In this document: positions 16,800 through 32,462 of the stretch, in pieces
How positions within the stretch are numbered: the first letter of the stretch is position 1
Layout of the letters: every line of letters begins with the position of its first letter
NCBI RefSeq assembly: GCF_009914755.1
Contig: NC_060942.1
DNA from: the human T2T-CHM13v2.0 reference genome, Homo sapiens
Direction: 5' to 3' (one strand)
DNA length: 64,000 nt
Notes under the pieces: model-generated
Told to the model about the DNA's origin: nothing
What the model saw: the letters and a program-made list of their open reading frames with translations, nothing else
Databases searched by the model: none
Made by a program: the position numbers and the translations under genes

Positions 16800-18503
16800 C
16801 TGGCTCAAGTCTGGAAATTGAGGGGCCGTGATTCTCTGTTTTTATAATTCAAATTAGCCTTTTGTCTATTCGACCTAGAAGTTTTCCACTTGTATAAATT
16901 AAGTAGGAATGCAGTAGGCTCCCTATCAATTTCACTTCTAGGAATACCATGATTAATTAGCCAATGCCAGAGCTCTACACCAGACTATTCTGATTGTGAC
17001 TTTGCCTCTGCTGTCCATTACAGTAGATATTCCCACCTTGCCTTTGATGGTTGAGTGCCACTACTTGGTCCCTGCCACCTCAGGATCCAATTATTCCCAT
17101 TGTATTTAAATTTTGTAGTTGAGTGACTGCAGTTCCCACCATTAGCTCTGACATACAGAGAAGAGCAATTATAGGGCTCTTCAAAGATGCAGGTGCTGCC
17201 CTCACAAATCTATTTCTAAATGCATTGGTCAAGGGTATTTGGACCCTCCCAGCTGGGATGAGTAGGTCTAAAGTGACTAATCCACTCCACCATCCCAATC
17301 TCCCTAAGCCTTTGGATCCCTTCCTCTACATTAAACCAAGGGAGATTAGGCATTTCCAGCTCGTTCACAGTGGGCCATCTTTTAATCCATATTTCAGCTA
17401 ACTAAGCAATTACACTTTTAGAACCTTTTTTAACTCCCCAAGCTGCCATATTAAAAGCAGAGTCCCTACTCAGTGGGCCCAAATCAATAAATTCAGTGTG
17501 ATCTAACTCTATGTTCCTTCTACCATTATCCCATACCCATAATATCCACTCCTATGCCTGTTCTCCAGATTTCTGTTTACATAAATTAGAGAACTCAAAC
17601 AGTTCTTTTCAAGTGTAGCATACCTCCTCATGGGTCACACTCTCAACCTCACCTCTAGGGACCGACTGGGACTTTAGTCTAGTTATAGGTCTAGAAGCAA
17701 ACAGGTGTTGGGGGTGGCTCCCGAGGAGAATCAACATTACCTTGCCTGGCAACAGCCTCAGGGGAGGCCATCACTGTTGCCTCAGGCAGCGCAGGGTTTA
17801 TCTCCCCAGACAAAGGTGGAAAGACTGATGGCAGCATGGGTCTGGGAGGGCATGTTGCCACTACTGGGGATGGGGAAGCTGTTCCTTCTCACAAAAAAGT
17901 TTCATCAGAGTTTACAAACTCAGTGTCCCCACCTTCATCAGGGTCCTCCCACACATCCCCATTCCAAGTTGCAGGGTCCCATTCTTTTCCAATCAATGAC
18001 CTCACTTTAACAGTAGACACCTGGCGAGGCTGTGCATGCACCTTTCATTGCAGGTCAGCCACTTGCATGATACGAGCTTGTGTCTGTTTTTCCACAATTT
18101 CAGCTCTTTCTCTACAGGAGATAAGACTCTCACTCAGGGCAATCTTAGAATATTTGAGGGTCAGTATCTGCTTCTGAAGCTGGGAGACAGAATCCCTGAG
18201 TTCATCATTTTCTTTCATCACTTTGTCCACTGAACTTAGGAGCAAACAACCAGCTTCATTATGTTCCTTGGTTCTCCACACATGATCAAAGGTATTATAT
18301 ATAGAGTCACTAAACTCCTTGCCTCTCAGGAGTGATGAATCAGGAGTGTCAAATGCATTTATTTTGCATAACTCTTTAAGCAGTTCATGCCAAGGACTAT
18401 CCGTGTTCTCCATACTGTTAGAAGTAGAGTCCTTAGCATTTTGGGGTCTAATCATATTAAGCAGCCAACTCCAGAAACCCCAAAACCAACGAAATAACTC
18501 CAT
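16800..18503 (-). pseudogene. HERV-L gag, disrupted
   Basis: ORF 18045-18503 (WGFWSWLLNMIRP...TDSPWHEL) and fragment 17080-17298 (RNRFVRAAPASLKSPIIALLC) resemble ERV-L gag. Broken by stops and frameshifts; 3' boundary approximate. Confidence 0.8.
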
Positions 18504-18547
18504 TCTTAATATTATGTTCCTCTAGAACCACACCTGGTACCAAAATC

Positions 18548-18965
18548 TGTATTAGTCAGGGTTCCCTAGAGGGACATAACTAAAGGAGAGTTTATTAAGT
18601 ATTAACTTACACGATCCACAAGGTCCCACAATAGGCTGTCTGCAAGCTTGAGGAGCAAGGAGAGCCAGTCCGAGTCTCAAAACTGAAGGACTTGGAGTCC
18701 AATGTTCAAGGGCAGGAAGCATCTAGCACAGGAGAAAGATGTAGGCTGGGAGGCTAGGCCCATCTCTCCTTTTCACGTTTTTCTGCCTGCTTTAATTGCC
18801 AGCAGCTGATTAGATTGTGCCCACCAGATTGAGGGCGGATCTGCCTTCCCCAGCCCACTGACTCAAATGTTAATCTCTTTTGACAACACCCTCACAGACA
18901 CACCCAGGATCAATACTTTGTATCCTTCAATCCAATCAAGTTAACACTCAGTATTACCCATCACA
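18548..18965 (-). mobile_element. HERV-L 5' LTR (MLT2A)
   Basis: Minus strand begins TGTGATGGGTAATACTGAGTGTTAACTTGATTGGATTG, which matches the MLT2A start. Followed by PBS-like TGGTACCAGGTGTGGTTC at about 18525-18542. Confidence 0.9.
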
Positions 18966-19197
18966 CCTGCCTCTAGAAATGCTAGACTGGTAAGGGAAGA
19001 ATGTCTCAAATGAGCATGCGTACAATTCCAGTAAACACACTGAGCGTGCGGCCCCTCCCAAATTCTGGCAGGCCACTGCACATGCGGACAGCCCAGCCCA
19101 AGGGCAGAATCAGGGGAGAAGGAATGCAAGACCCTCAGAAGTATGCCAGCGTATAAAATCCCAAGTCAGAAGGTCAAACCGAACACTTGATCTCTGA

Positions 19198-19561
<364 letters not shown>

Positions 19562-20756
19562 GTGCTCTAAAACTTGTCTCAGCCTTTCCTTCTGCCTTAT
19601 GCCCCTTAGTTGAATTCTTCCTTCTGAGGAGGCAAGAATTGAGGTTGCTGCCGAACCCCTGCGGATACAGATTCACTGCTGGTAACAATTTCACTGTTTA
19701 AAATGGCTCCCAGGCATAGTGCTGAAGGGCTGTGTAACATTCCTAGCACAAGAAGGCTATGATGTGCCTTATGGAAAAAATATGTGTGTGTGTGTGTGTG
19801 AAGCATCATTCCTGCACGAGTTATAGTTGGGTTGGCCATGAGTTCAGTGTTAGTGAATCAAAAAGATATATTAAACTAGGTATCTTTAAATAAAAACACA
19901 CATAAAACAAAGTTATGTATTGCTTGATTGACAAAAACACTTTTTGACCAGAGGCTTGTAAGAACCTAATGCTGTATTTCCCCTAGAAGCAATTGTTCAA
20001 TATTTGCCAGTTCAGTGTTCACGGCAACTTTATAAAACGTAAATACTGCAAATAAAGAGAACTGACTATACTTAAATAAACATTGTTAGAATTGCCCAGT
20101 CTGAAATACTAGAGACTTAACTTGTTCATGACTAGTCCATACTATTCTGAGTATAGACCATGATTGTGCCAAAATTTAATAATTTATTTCAGAATCACCA
20201 AATACATTTTGCCTATTTAGAACATTTTGTTGACTCCAGAACAGTCAACTCACATTCCTTAAATAAATGATGAACTACAACATAGTTTGATGTGGCTCAT
20301 GTATATGAAGACATTATTGCCTAAGCTATTACAGCTCTCTTGGAAACAAACATGCAAAAAAATTCTAAGAGCCTATTTTTGTCAGTTATTTCTTATGATG
20401 AAAAAAATGTGTTCAAAACCATACCATAACTGTGTCAGCGATGACATCTCAAATGTAGTGTATGGTATACTGTTAACTGTAGAAAGTATTCTTAGATCTA
20501 AGAAACATCTGAAAAAAATTAAGGGATATGGAAGGAGTAACTAATTTCATCTTTTTGAAGAAGATCTTCACTGTCGAATTGCCTGATGATCTGAATTTAT
20601 TTACGCAGCATTATCAATCTCTCGAAGAACTCACTGCCTTGTTCTAAAATAAAATCCTTCGCTGTATAGAGGATAAATCTTCTAAACAATAAGCTGAGCT
20701 ACATGCTTTATCTGGGGAGCAGCAGAAAGAAAACTGGGCTAGAAGTCAGTATTCTT

Positions 20757-21020
20757 GTTTTTCTAGACAAAGTCTTGTTCTGTCACCCAGGCTGGAGTAC
20801 AGTGGCACCATCTCGGCTCACTGCAACCTCCACCTCCCAGGTTCAAGTGATTCTCCAGAGTAGCTGGGACTACAGGCACCCACCACCACACCCAGCTAAT
20901 TTTTTGTATTTTGATTAGAGATGGGGTTTTGCTATGTTGGCCAGGCTGGTCTTGAACTCTTGCCCCCACGTGATCTGCCCACCTCGACCTCTCAAAGTGC
21001 TGGGACTACAGGCGTGAGCC
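20757..21020 (-). mobile_element. Alu
   Basis: Alu consensus with TSD CAGTATTCT. Confidence 0.88.
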
Positions 21021-21234
21021 CCTAAGAGCACAGTATTCTATTCTGGACAATCGCACTTAGGGCTATTCTGATTGAGTTATACACATGCACTCTTTACACT
21101 TCATGTTTGGAAGGAACTGCAGTAGATGGTCAGCTTCCATGTTGACTGGCAAACAAAAGGAATGATAAAGCCCCTGAACCTGACTCCAAATTTGTTATTG
21201 TTACTGATGTGGGTATGTCAATAACAATGGTAAA

Positions 21235-21430
21235 TATTCACCCTCCGTTCACTGAGTGCCAGGCACGATGTTAACAGTTTACATCTGGCAATGCAATGAA
21301 TCCTCCCCACAGCCAGATGAGTGATTCCAATTTTCAGAGAAGAACATGGAACATAGAGGGGTGTATTGTTTGTCCAAGATCATTCAGCTAAGTGGGTGAG
21401 GGTGCCATATTTTGAACAGTACACTAACTC
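21235..21430 (-). mobile_element. MIR
   Basis: GTGCCAGGCAC...TTGTCCAAGATCATTCAGCTAAGTGG pattern. Confidence 0.5.
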
Positions 21431-21844
21431 TACTGCATGAATTCTGAAAACCCTTTTTTTCCATGTGATTTCAATTTTTCACAGTTTTGAAACTCTCAGG
21501 TGATAGTGTAAAACGTATGAAGGTACACACCCCTAATCAATATAGAAACATTTCCTCCCCGTATCTCTCATGAAAGATGATTAAAATAATGGCCATAGTC
21601 CTTGAGAGTATCATCTAATCAGTCAGTTGATAAGGTCTGTCTTAGGTTCAAAGGACAAGGAGATTTTTGACTTCTTAGCTTTGTATCGCAAAGGAGATAT
21701 TTACAAATAAGTAAGTTAAGAAAAACTGAAGAGGGCAAGTGTTCTTTGTTTTGATTTCATTTGTTTGATCAAAGCTTTTGACAAGACAAGAAAGCAGCTG
21801 TTATTTATAAATTTTGAAGTCTGGAGACTCACTGAATTTGTTCT

Positions 21845-22004
21845 GGGTATGGGGGAGGTTACATGGGTTTAATGGTTTTTAAATTTATTTGGGGGGAATA
21901 AGGGTTGTCTTTGGGTACACTACAGCGATGGCTATTGAGGAGTATCCTGAGGCATGGGGGTCAGGGGTTGAGGTCTTGGTAAGTGTTTTAGTGGGGTTAG
22001 CGAT
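21845..22004 (+). pseudogene. MT-ND6: NUMT: mitochondrial ND6 fragment
   Basis: Translates to GGGYMGLMVF and [33 protein letters not shown], which is ND6. G/T-rich like ND6 sense sequence, and joined directly to an Alu. Confidence 0.93.
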
Positions 22005-22005
22005 T

Positions 22006-22897
<892 letters not shown>

Positions 22898-23616
22898 TCA
22901 GAAGGGCGGAAAGACAAGGCTAATCTCATGATTCTTGACCACATCCTAGATGCAAATCAGTTCATCTTGATCAAATGTCCCCTGCGCAGATGACGGGGGT
23001 GGGGCTAGGGGAAATGTATTTGCCTGCTGCCTCAGTGATAGTCACTTTCCTTTTCCAACAGGCAATGGAGGGGGCACCTGGGTGTGCTGGAGGCCCAAGA
23101 GGCTCACTGCTTCCAAGAGAACTGTCCCTAAACACGTACAGAGCCTGATGAACATCTTACGTCATGACCCACAAGTGAATAAGAGAATGGATTGTATGAA
23201 GTAGTTCTTCCTTGAATTTTTGCTTTAGGTAAGTTGGTCACACAATCAAGGGTGTGTGTCCCAAGTTACTATGGGACACTTGTTTTTAAAGCAGAAGAAA
23301 TTCCTTCAGATTGTTATATAAAATATAGTTTTCAAGTGCTCACTTAAGGTACTTGGCAGCATATAAAAAATTCATACTTGCAGCTTTCTGGCAGTCATAT
23401 CCACGTTATTGTTCATGGCAGGGATCAGAAGTCCTGCCCAATTAGTCTGTTTCTTAGTGTGCTGAAGCTCTCTATCCTCCGGAAGCTTCCCTCTGTCTTG
23501 TTTCTTACGCAGGGCTCTCTGGTTCCTGAGTTTGTTGCATCCCTTCCTCCAGCTGGAGTAGAGAAAACATAGAGGGTCTCTTGGGATCTTGGCCTCAAAT
23601 CAAGAAATAACCTTGT

Positions 23617-24395
<779 letters not shown>

Positions 24396-25266
24396 TCAAG
24401 AATGTTCTGTCTTCCAGGGGCAGACCCACAATAACATACATGGGCTTATGTCTAGAGAAAGACATGCAATAAACATTAGCTCACTTAGTTGACTGTCCAT
24501 CAGGAACGCTAACACCCTTCATTGCATGGCAATGCCTGGAAGCTCTCCAAACACAAGCCCCGTGTCAGTTTGGGCTCACTCATGAATCCTCAGTATTTTT
24601 GCACAATGCCTAGCTTGTAACAGATGCTCAGAATGAAATTTATTTACCAATAAATGTTATTGATAGCTGATTAAATATAGTATTGTGGTCATCTCAATGA
24701 CAAGTTGGCCCTTATACTCTTAGACAACTTCCTATTATAACTTTGATTTGACGGAAAAAACAGATTGACTTGATCAGTTCAATGCACTTTCAAGTTTGAG
24801 ATTTACCTGTACCAGACACACATTGGAGTTGTTCTCTGCTAATTGTAGACACACACAACTTGTGTGTTTCCCCCATTTCCCCCCCTCTTCCTCTTCTTCA
24901 TTTCTATACTCTGTTTCTACTCTATGAGTCTTTACGGCCAAGATGGTGTTAGGACAGGCAGGATAGGGAAGTCACACAGAAAGATACAGATTGGGTTACG
25001 AAAGACAGCTTTTTATCCCTTTCTGTTATTTCCCCCCCACGGTGGCTCTTTTGAAGGCTGGGATGACTTCAGTCCACTATTTGCATGATCTTCCGCTTAA
25101 GAGTCCAGGGACAGATGATGTCCTTACATGGTATAATGTTCTGCTTGGCCCTTGTAGTTTCTACTTAGGGACTTCTCTTTCTTTCATCTGCAAATCAAAA
25201 GGTCCAACAACACCATCAAAGAATATTAGAAACAAAATAGACCAATGGCTTCATTTAGTAAAGTAG

Positions 25267-25596
<330 letters not shown>

Positions 25597-26427
25597 CATA
25601 GCAAAGCTTTATTCACTTAACGAGTCATGGCCAACAGCGTCTGGTTAGCTCACAGAGGCCACAGTTTTATCTGTGGAGTCTGGTAACCACGCCACTCACG
25701 ACCCTGTACATTGATTAGATGCAGCAGGTCATCTCAAACACACAGCTCTCTCCAACACCCCTTAGAATACAACACTTGGGTGGTGATTTTACTTAACATT
25801 CTGGTACTTCATCCCAAAAAGACATCGGTAGAGATTAGTGTAACTCAACAACAGGCAGAAAACATACAAGAAAGTTTAAGACGGATGTCTAGCAGTGCCT
25901 GAACTGTTAAGAAGCAAACGTGAGTAAATGCCTTAGTTTCAATAGAAAAAGAAAGTTCACAGTGGGACCTCAGAAGCAGAGGCTGTGAGATCACCTTTCA
26001 AGAATTGGAGGAGAATTGCAGTAAGTGATAGAGCCGGACGCTGAGCTGCAGCAGCCTCTGGGAATTGGCGGGGCTGTGGCTTGTCCTGTCCTGCCGCCCC
26101 CCGCGTGGCCTCGGAAACTGTCAGATGGTGCCTAAGGCAGAGTTGGGCAAAGAAAGAACCAGCGTTCGTTTCCTCCTGGACTCTCTAGGTCCATGGAGCT
26201 GGTGGGGGAACGGCCCTGTCTTGCCCGAGGAGGAAATTCGAGTCGAGCCCCCACTCCTCTCCCCGCGGGACTGATAAACATGTCCCTCATTCGCCCCGGG
26301 AGGCTGGCACCCAGGCACGACGCGAGGACGGCCAGACTCGCCGACGGCGGCCGCGTCCCGGGGGGCCGGGAGCGAGCCTGTCGGAAGGTGGGAGGCGGAG
26401 TCGCTCGGCATCTGGGAAGAGACCAAA

Positions 26428-26438
26428 GGAATGAGTCA
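26428..26438 (+). promoter_or_regulatory. AP-1 site overlapping a TEAD-like GGAATG
   Basis: GGAATGAGTCA contains a perfect TGAGTCA at 26432-26438. Confidence 0.45.
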
Positions 26439-26560
26439 TTGGAAATGCTGTAACGTAGACCCTTATCCCAAACCCTTTCGCCCCTCCACCCCGAGCCCCC
26501 TGCCGAGAAGCGAAGGGACTGGAGACGGGGAGACTTGGTGGGGGGAGAGTCACGTTTCGG

Positions 26561-26574
26561 AGAGGGAAGTGAAA
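26561..26574 (+). promoter_or_regulatory. ETS-IRF composite element (PU.1/IRF8-type)
   Basis: AGAGGGAAGTGAAA matches GGAAnnGAAA with a PU.1-type purine-rich 5' flank. Confidence 0.5.
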
Positions 26575-26831
26575 TAAAGAGGGCGGCACCCGGGGGGACC
26601 TGTGCGTCATTGAGGGACCGGGGAGAAGCGCAGGGCGCACGGGGCTGCAGAAGGAGAAGTAGGAACGAGAAGCCGGAGGGGGCGGCCGCGGAGCACTGGT
26701 TGGAGCGCCGCGAAGCGCCCGAGCCTCTTGCCTTCGCGGGCGGCGCCCTGGCCGCCGGCAGCCTTGTGGCCGGTGCCCCGATCCGCCGCGCTCCGGACCC
26801 GGGCAGGCGGGGCGCGCCCGCTGCGCGCGGG

Positions 26832-26965
26832 ATGTGGCAGCCCAGACGGCCCTGGCCCCGCGTGCCCTGGCGCTGGGCGCTGGCGCTGCTGGCCCTGGTT
26901 GGCGCGGGGCTGTGCCACGCCGGCCCGCAGCCCGGGTATCCCGCGCGGCCCAGCGCCAGGAACAA
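26832..26965 (+). CDS. EMILIN2: EMILIN2 coding exon 1 (signal peptide)
   Basis: ATG at 26832 gives MWQPRRPWPRVPWRWALALLALVGAGLCHAGPQPGYPARPSARN(K), the EMILIN-2 N-terminus with a hydrophobic signal peptide. It ends at the canonical donor AA|GTAAGT (phase 2) and lies inside a CpG island. Confidence 0.96.
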
Positions 26966-27451
26966 GTAAGTGCGCGCCCCTTGGCTGGCCCCAAACCGCC
27001 TACCCGTCCCCGGCCCCCAGTTGAGCCCCAGAGCTGCCCTGCCAAAGACGACGAGCGGCAGCCGGGGGCCTCCCTTGGACTTCCCCGGGCGGCTCCCTCT
27101 GCGGGGGACCGCGCGCTCCGCAGCCGGCGCCTCAGGCAGAGCTGACTCCGGGGGCGTGGGCGCAGAGAGCGTCCCGCAGACCCGGGCGATCCGAAAACGA
27201 CTCCCAGGAATTCCATGAGCCCCTGGGACCATGGGTGCTTTTCTTTCCCGTCTTGGTCGGGTCCAGGCGCGCGCTCTCCAGAGGCGCACCCGGGCACCCT
27301 CCGGCGTCTGCTCGGTGAAGCTCCCTCCTCCGCAGAGGGCGACGGGCCCCCCCGACCCTCGCTCGGTCTGGTGCGGCAGTCCCCTCTCCCCTGGCCTCAT
27401 TGTTCTCCGGGTTTACCCCGTGCCCCTCTCCCTCTCTCTCCTGCACCCCAG

Positions 27452-27574
27452 GAACTGGTGCGCCTACATCGTGAACAAGAATGTGAGCTGCTCCGTGCTG
27501 GAGGGAAGTGAGAGTTTTATTCAGGCTCAGTACAACTGTGCCTGGAACCAGATGCCCTGTCCGTCGGCGCTGGT
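27452..27574 (+). CDS. EMILIN2: EMILIN2 coding exon 2 (N-terminal part of EMI domain)
   Basis: Polypyrimidine tract and CAG acceptor ending at 27451. Encodes (K)[40 protein letters not shown](V), with the EMI-domain NWCAY motif and cysteines. In frame with exon 1 (134+123 nt). Donor GT|GTAAGT at 27575. Confidence 0.96.
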
Positions 27575-29533
27575 GTAAGTCCTGGAGCCGGGGAGCGGGC
27601 GGGGCGCGCCCGGGCCGGGGCGGTGGGGGTGGGGTGGGGTTGCTGCGCTGGGCTCCAGTCCCTCCGGTAAATCCCTTCCAGATCCGGTGAAAAGCCCGCA
27701 GCGGAAAAGCGCTCCGAGCGCTCGCGGGGCACCGGCCACGCTGGGCTATTTAGGGAGTGGGTGCTGCCCGAGTGAGTGGGGAGGATGCGCGCGCCTCGGG
27801 AGTGTGGGGTCGCGGGGGCGTAGGAGAGGATGAACAAAGCTCCCACTCCCACTTCTGTTTTCTCCCTTTCAATGTTTGTTTGTAACATAAGGCAGCTGAA
27901 TCTAATTGGATCCATATTGTGTGTTCTGGGGCACACAGAAGATTCCAAAATGTATACTGCTAAAGACTATTCCGTATAGGATTCGCTGAGAGGTTTGGCT
28001 AAGTAGTGTTCTAAAACGAGTGAGTTCTGTCCGTATGTCCCCATAAAACGGAATCTTCCAGTTTTGTAGATGTCTAAGCTAAAACCTCAGGAACACTTTG
28101 CTTAAAATTGTGGCTCCCCAGCATCCCTCCCCGCAACTTAGATTTGGAGATTCTCTAGAGATTGTGGGAGAGAATGGCCGTTAAAGACAGGGGGAAGAAT
28201 TAATCATCTTTTTGCTTATAAATATTTCCCCATCTTAAAAAAAAAAAAAAAACAGGAAGCAATGCAATAAAGTAGAAATGCCGTTAAATACATGACACTC
28301 ATTCAATTGTCATCAGGCAAGTCTTTGGGGTTTTGTATCAGTCTGATACCGGAAGATGGGCCAGTGTGAATAAATGGCTGTTGAGGAACACATGTGATGG
28401 CTGAAATTAATTGTTTTCCACTAAGAATAAGTTGTTTGTCTTAGAGCACAGTTGTCATTACAGCAGAGAATAGTCAGTAGGCGGATCTGTCTTTGGCAAA
28501 ACCAAGGGACAGACTGGAACTTGTACTCCAGGAAACCTTATTCCAGAGAACAGTAGATGAGCCTGTAGTCTTATGGGAAGTGGTCGCTGGGTCCACCCCA
28601 CGTGGGCTTCTGGAGGAGCTGCCAACAGGGTTCAGCTAATTCCTGCTCGGCAAAAACAAAGTAAAACAAACAGAAACTTAGACGAGGTCCCCATTTCCTA
28701 ATATACAGTGGAAAACGCTGAAATTGAATGCCCAGCTAGGCTATCTCTTTGAGTTGGATACATTGTCAGAGAGATAAGGTACTGTCATCCAACCTTAATC
28801 TCTTAGTAAGATTGAGACCTCATCGTCTATGGCCAGCAGTCAACGACATCAGAACCAAGCAAGGTTTTTACACTGTGGGAGTGATACAAACTAAGTATTC
28901 AACTCAGTTTGAATGCATTTGTTTAAAATTAGAATTGAGTTATTAGTCAGGAATATTTTATTCATCTTATACAAGAACTGCATGGTGTGGCTTGCTATAA
29001 CCTTAAAACTTACTGGTGACAATTCGGAGATAAATGAATTTTTCATTTTGGGAGGTAATGCATTTTTGTTTAAAAGATGGCTTGTTTTTATTTTCTCAAA
29101 TTATTTTAGCTGCTTGGAAAACCAAAGGATGATTTAATTGTTCTATTTGACCAAAACTCAGTGAAACTTGGCTGTCAGTGGGGAGTGAATCGCCTCCAGA
29201 TTGGCAGGTCAATGCAAGGCAGTGGGAGTGCATTTTTGCCACCCAGTGAGTAGGACAACAGAATTATTATAAAAAATGACAGATGTTTCTGTTGTTTTAT
29301 TAAACAAAGCCAAAATAAGTGACCTGGGTGTTTTATTTCAATAATAACCATATAAACAATACAAGTGCATTTTTACATTTTAAGTACTGCACTGTAAGTG
29401 TGAAGTTTAAGAAACAAAGACTGAGTTGATGAACCTGAAAATCTTGACATTAGCTTCAGCAGTAAATTCAGTCTTGACTTTTTTCAGTTTCTTTAGGGAT
29501 GGAACAGAATGGTTTATCTTATTTTTCAACTGA

Positions 29534-31080
<1,547 letters not shown>

Positions 31081-31419
31081 ACACAGAGAGAGAGCATTCT
31101 GCCTATCTGGGGACAGAAGTAAAGTAGCCATAGAGAGAGTGCTCCGAGACTGAGGGTGAAACCGCTGGGAAATGGGGTGTGATGGAGGTACTCATTTAAA
31201 TAACAGGAGGAGGGCTTCTGCGCCCAGCCATGTCACTGGGCCCTGACAGCCTCCTTAGCTGTAGAGACTGACTACAGGCCGCAGGTGCCTTGTCAGAAGG
31301 ATTAGACGGTGCCCTGTTTACATGTATGAAAAGCCTTAGATTCCAGATTGTGAATTTGAATATTGTTATGTGCAACCAGGAACAGAAGGGGTTTTTATAT
31401 AAGTGGGCATTTTAAGTAA

Positions 31420-31650
31420 TCACTTTTCTGATACTATAAAGTACCTTCTATGTGCCAGGCCCCGTGTTAGGGCTTTCCATTCCATACATTAGTTTATTTA
31501 GTTTCTGCAACAGCCCTTCGGGTTGAATAGTATTGTCTCCATTTTACCAAGGAGGAAACTGAGATGAGCCATTCCCTAAGTTGCTTGTGATCACGTGAGG
31601 GTAGCCACTGAGCCGCCTGCTAATCCAGGGCTTTGCGGACTGCCCTCTGT
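31420..31650 (-). mobile_element. MIR
   Basis: CCATTTTACCAAGGAGGAAACTGAG core. Confidence 0.6.
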
Positions 31651-32166
31651 CTCTATAGCAATGCAGAATGTGCCTGTTTGTTTGTCTTAGTGTGTGCTTT
31701 CGGTAGGTTGCACAGTACTCAACTACTAAGAGCATTTACACCTTCTTTCATAAAAGGCAATTCTCATATAGAAGTGTTGAGAATGCATTTCTGTGTGCAT
31801 TCGCGCGTGTGCATGCATGTGCCTGCATGTGCCCTTAACCCTCTCTACTGTGGGTCATTTGCCTATGACGCATGAACTATGTCATTTTTCACACTATACA
31901 GTTTGTTGGCTTATTTTAATGAAGCACTGGCAGATTGAACGCTTAAAGTTGTTATTAGAGAGGCGAGAGTTATCGGACATACTGCATGGACCAGTGAGCT
32001 CGACCGCTTCAGGACTTCCACATGTATGTTCCCGAGCTCAGCTGCCAACATGAAACTTGTCACAGGGGAATGGTGTTAAAAGCAGGCTTCCAGAAAAAGA
32101 ATTTAAAGCCCATGCCCTAATGGTTGTGATACTAGTTTTGTGTGTAAGTAATTGTGCAAAAATTCG

Positions 32167-32462
32167 TTTTTTCTTTTTTGAGACAGGGTCTCGCTCTATT
32201 GCCCAGGCTGGAGCGCAGCGGCACCATCTCGGCTCACTGCAACCTCCACCTCCTGGGTTCAAGCGATTCTCCTGCCTCAGCCTGCTGAGTAGCTGAGATT
32301 ACAGGCCTGTACCACCACGCCCAGCTAATTTTTGTATTTTTAGTAGACACAGGGTTTCACCATGTTGGCCAGACTGCTCTCGAACTCCTGACCTCAAGTG
32401 ACCCGCCTGCCTCGGCCTCCCAAAGTGCTGGGATTATAGGCGTGAGCCATTGCACCTGGCCC
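32167..32462 (-). mobile_element. AluS-like
   Basis: Alu consensus. Confidence 0.9.

Larger units (their letters stand above)
26030..27830. promoter_or_regulatory. CpG island / EMILIN2 promoter
   Basis: Very high GC and CpG density around exons 1-2, with GC boxes. Exact TSS cannot be determined from sequence. Confidence 0.9.

Noticed and set aside
26535-26969. 144-aa ORF read as a single-exon protein
   Set aside because: It starts at a non-ATG codon and its stop lies within the splice donor. The real CDS starts at 26832 and splices.
26132-27400. 422-aa and 336-aa antisense ORFs across EMILIN2 exon 1
   Set aside because: Low-complexity Arg/Gly/Pro/Ala content expected from a stop-poor CpG island; no recognisable domain.
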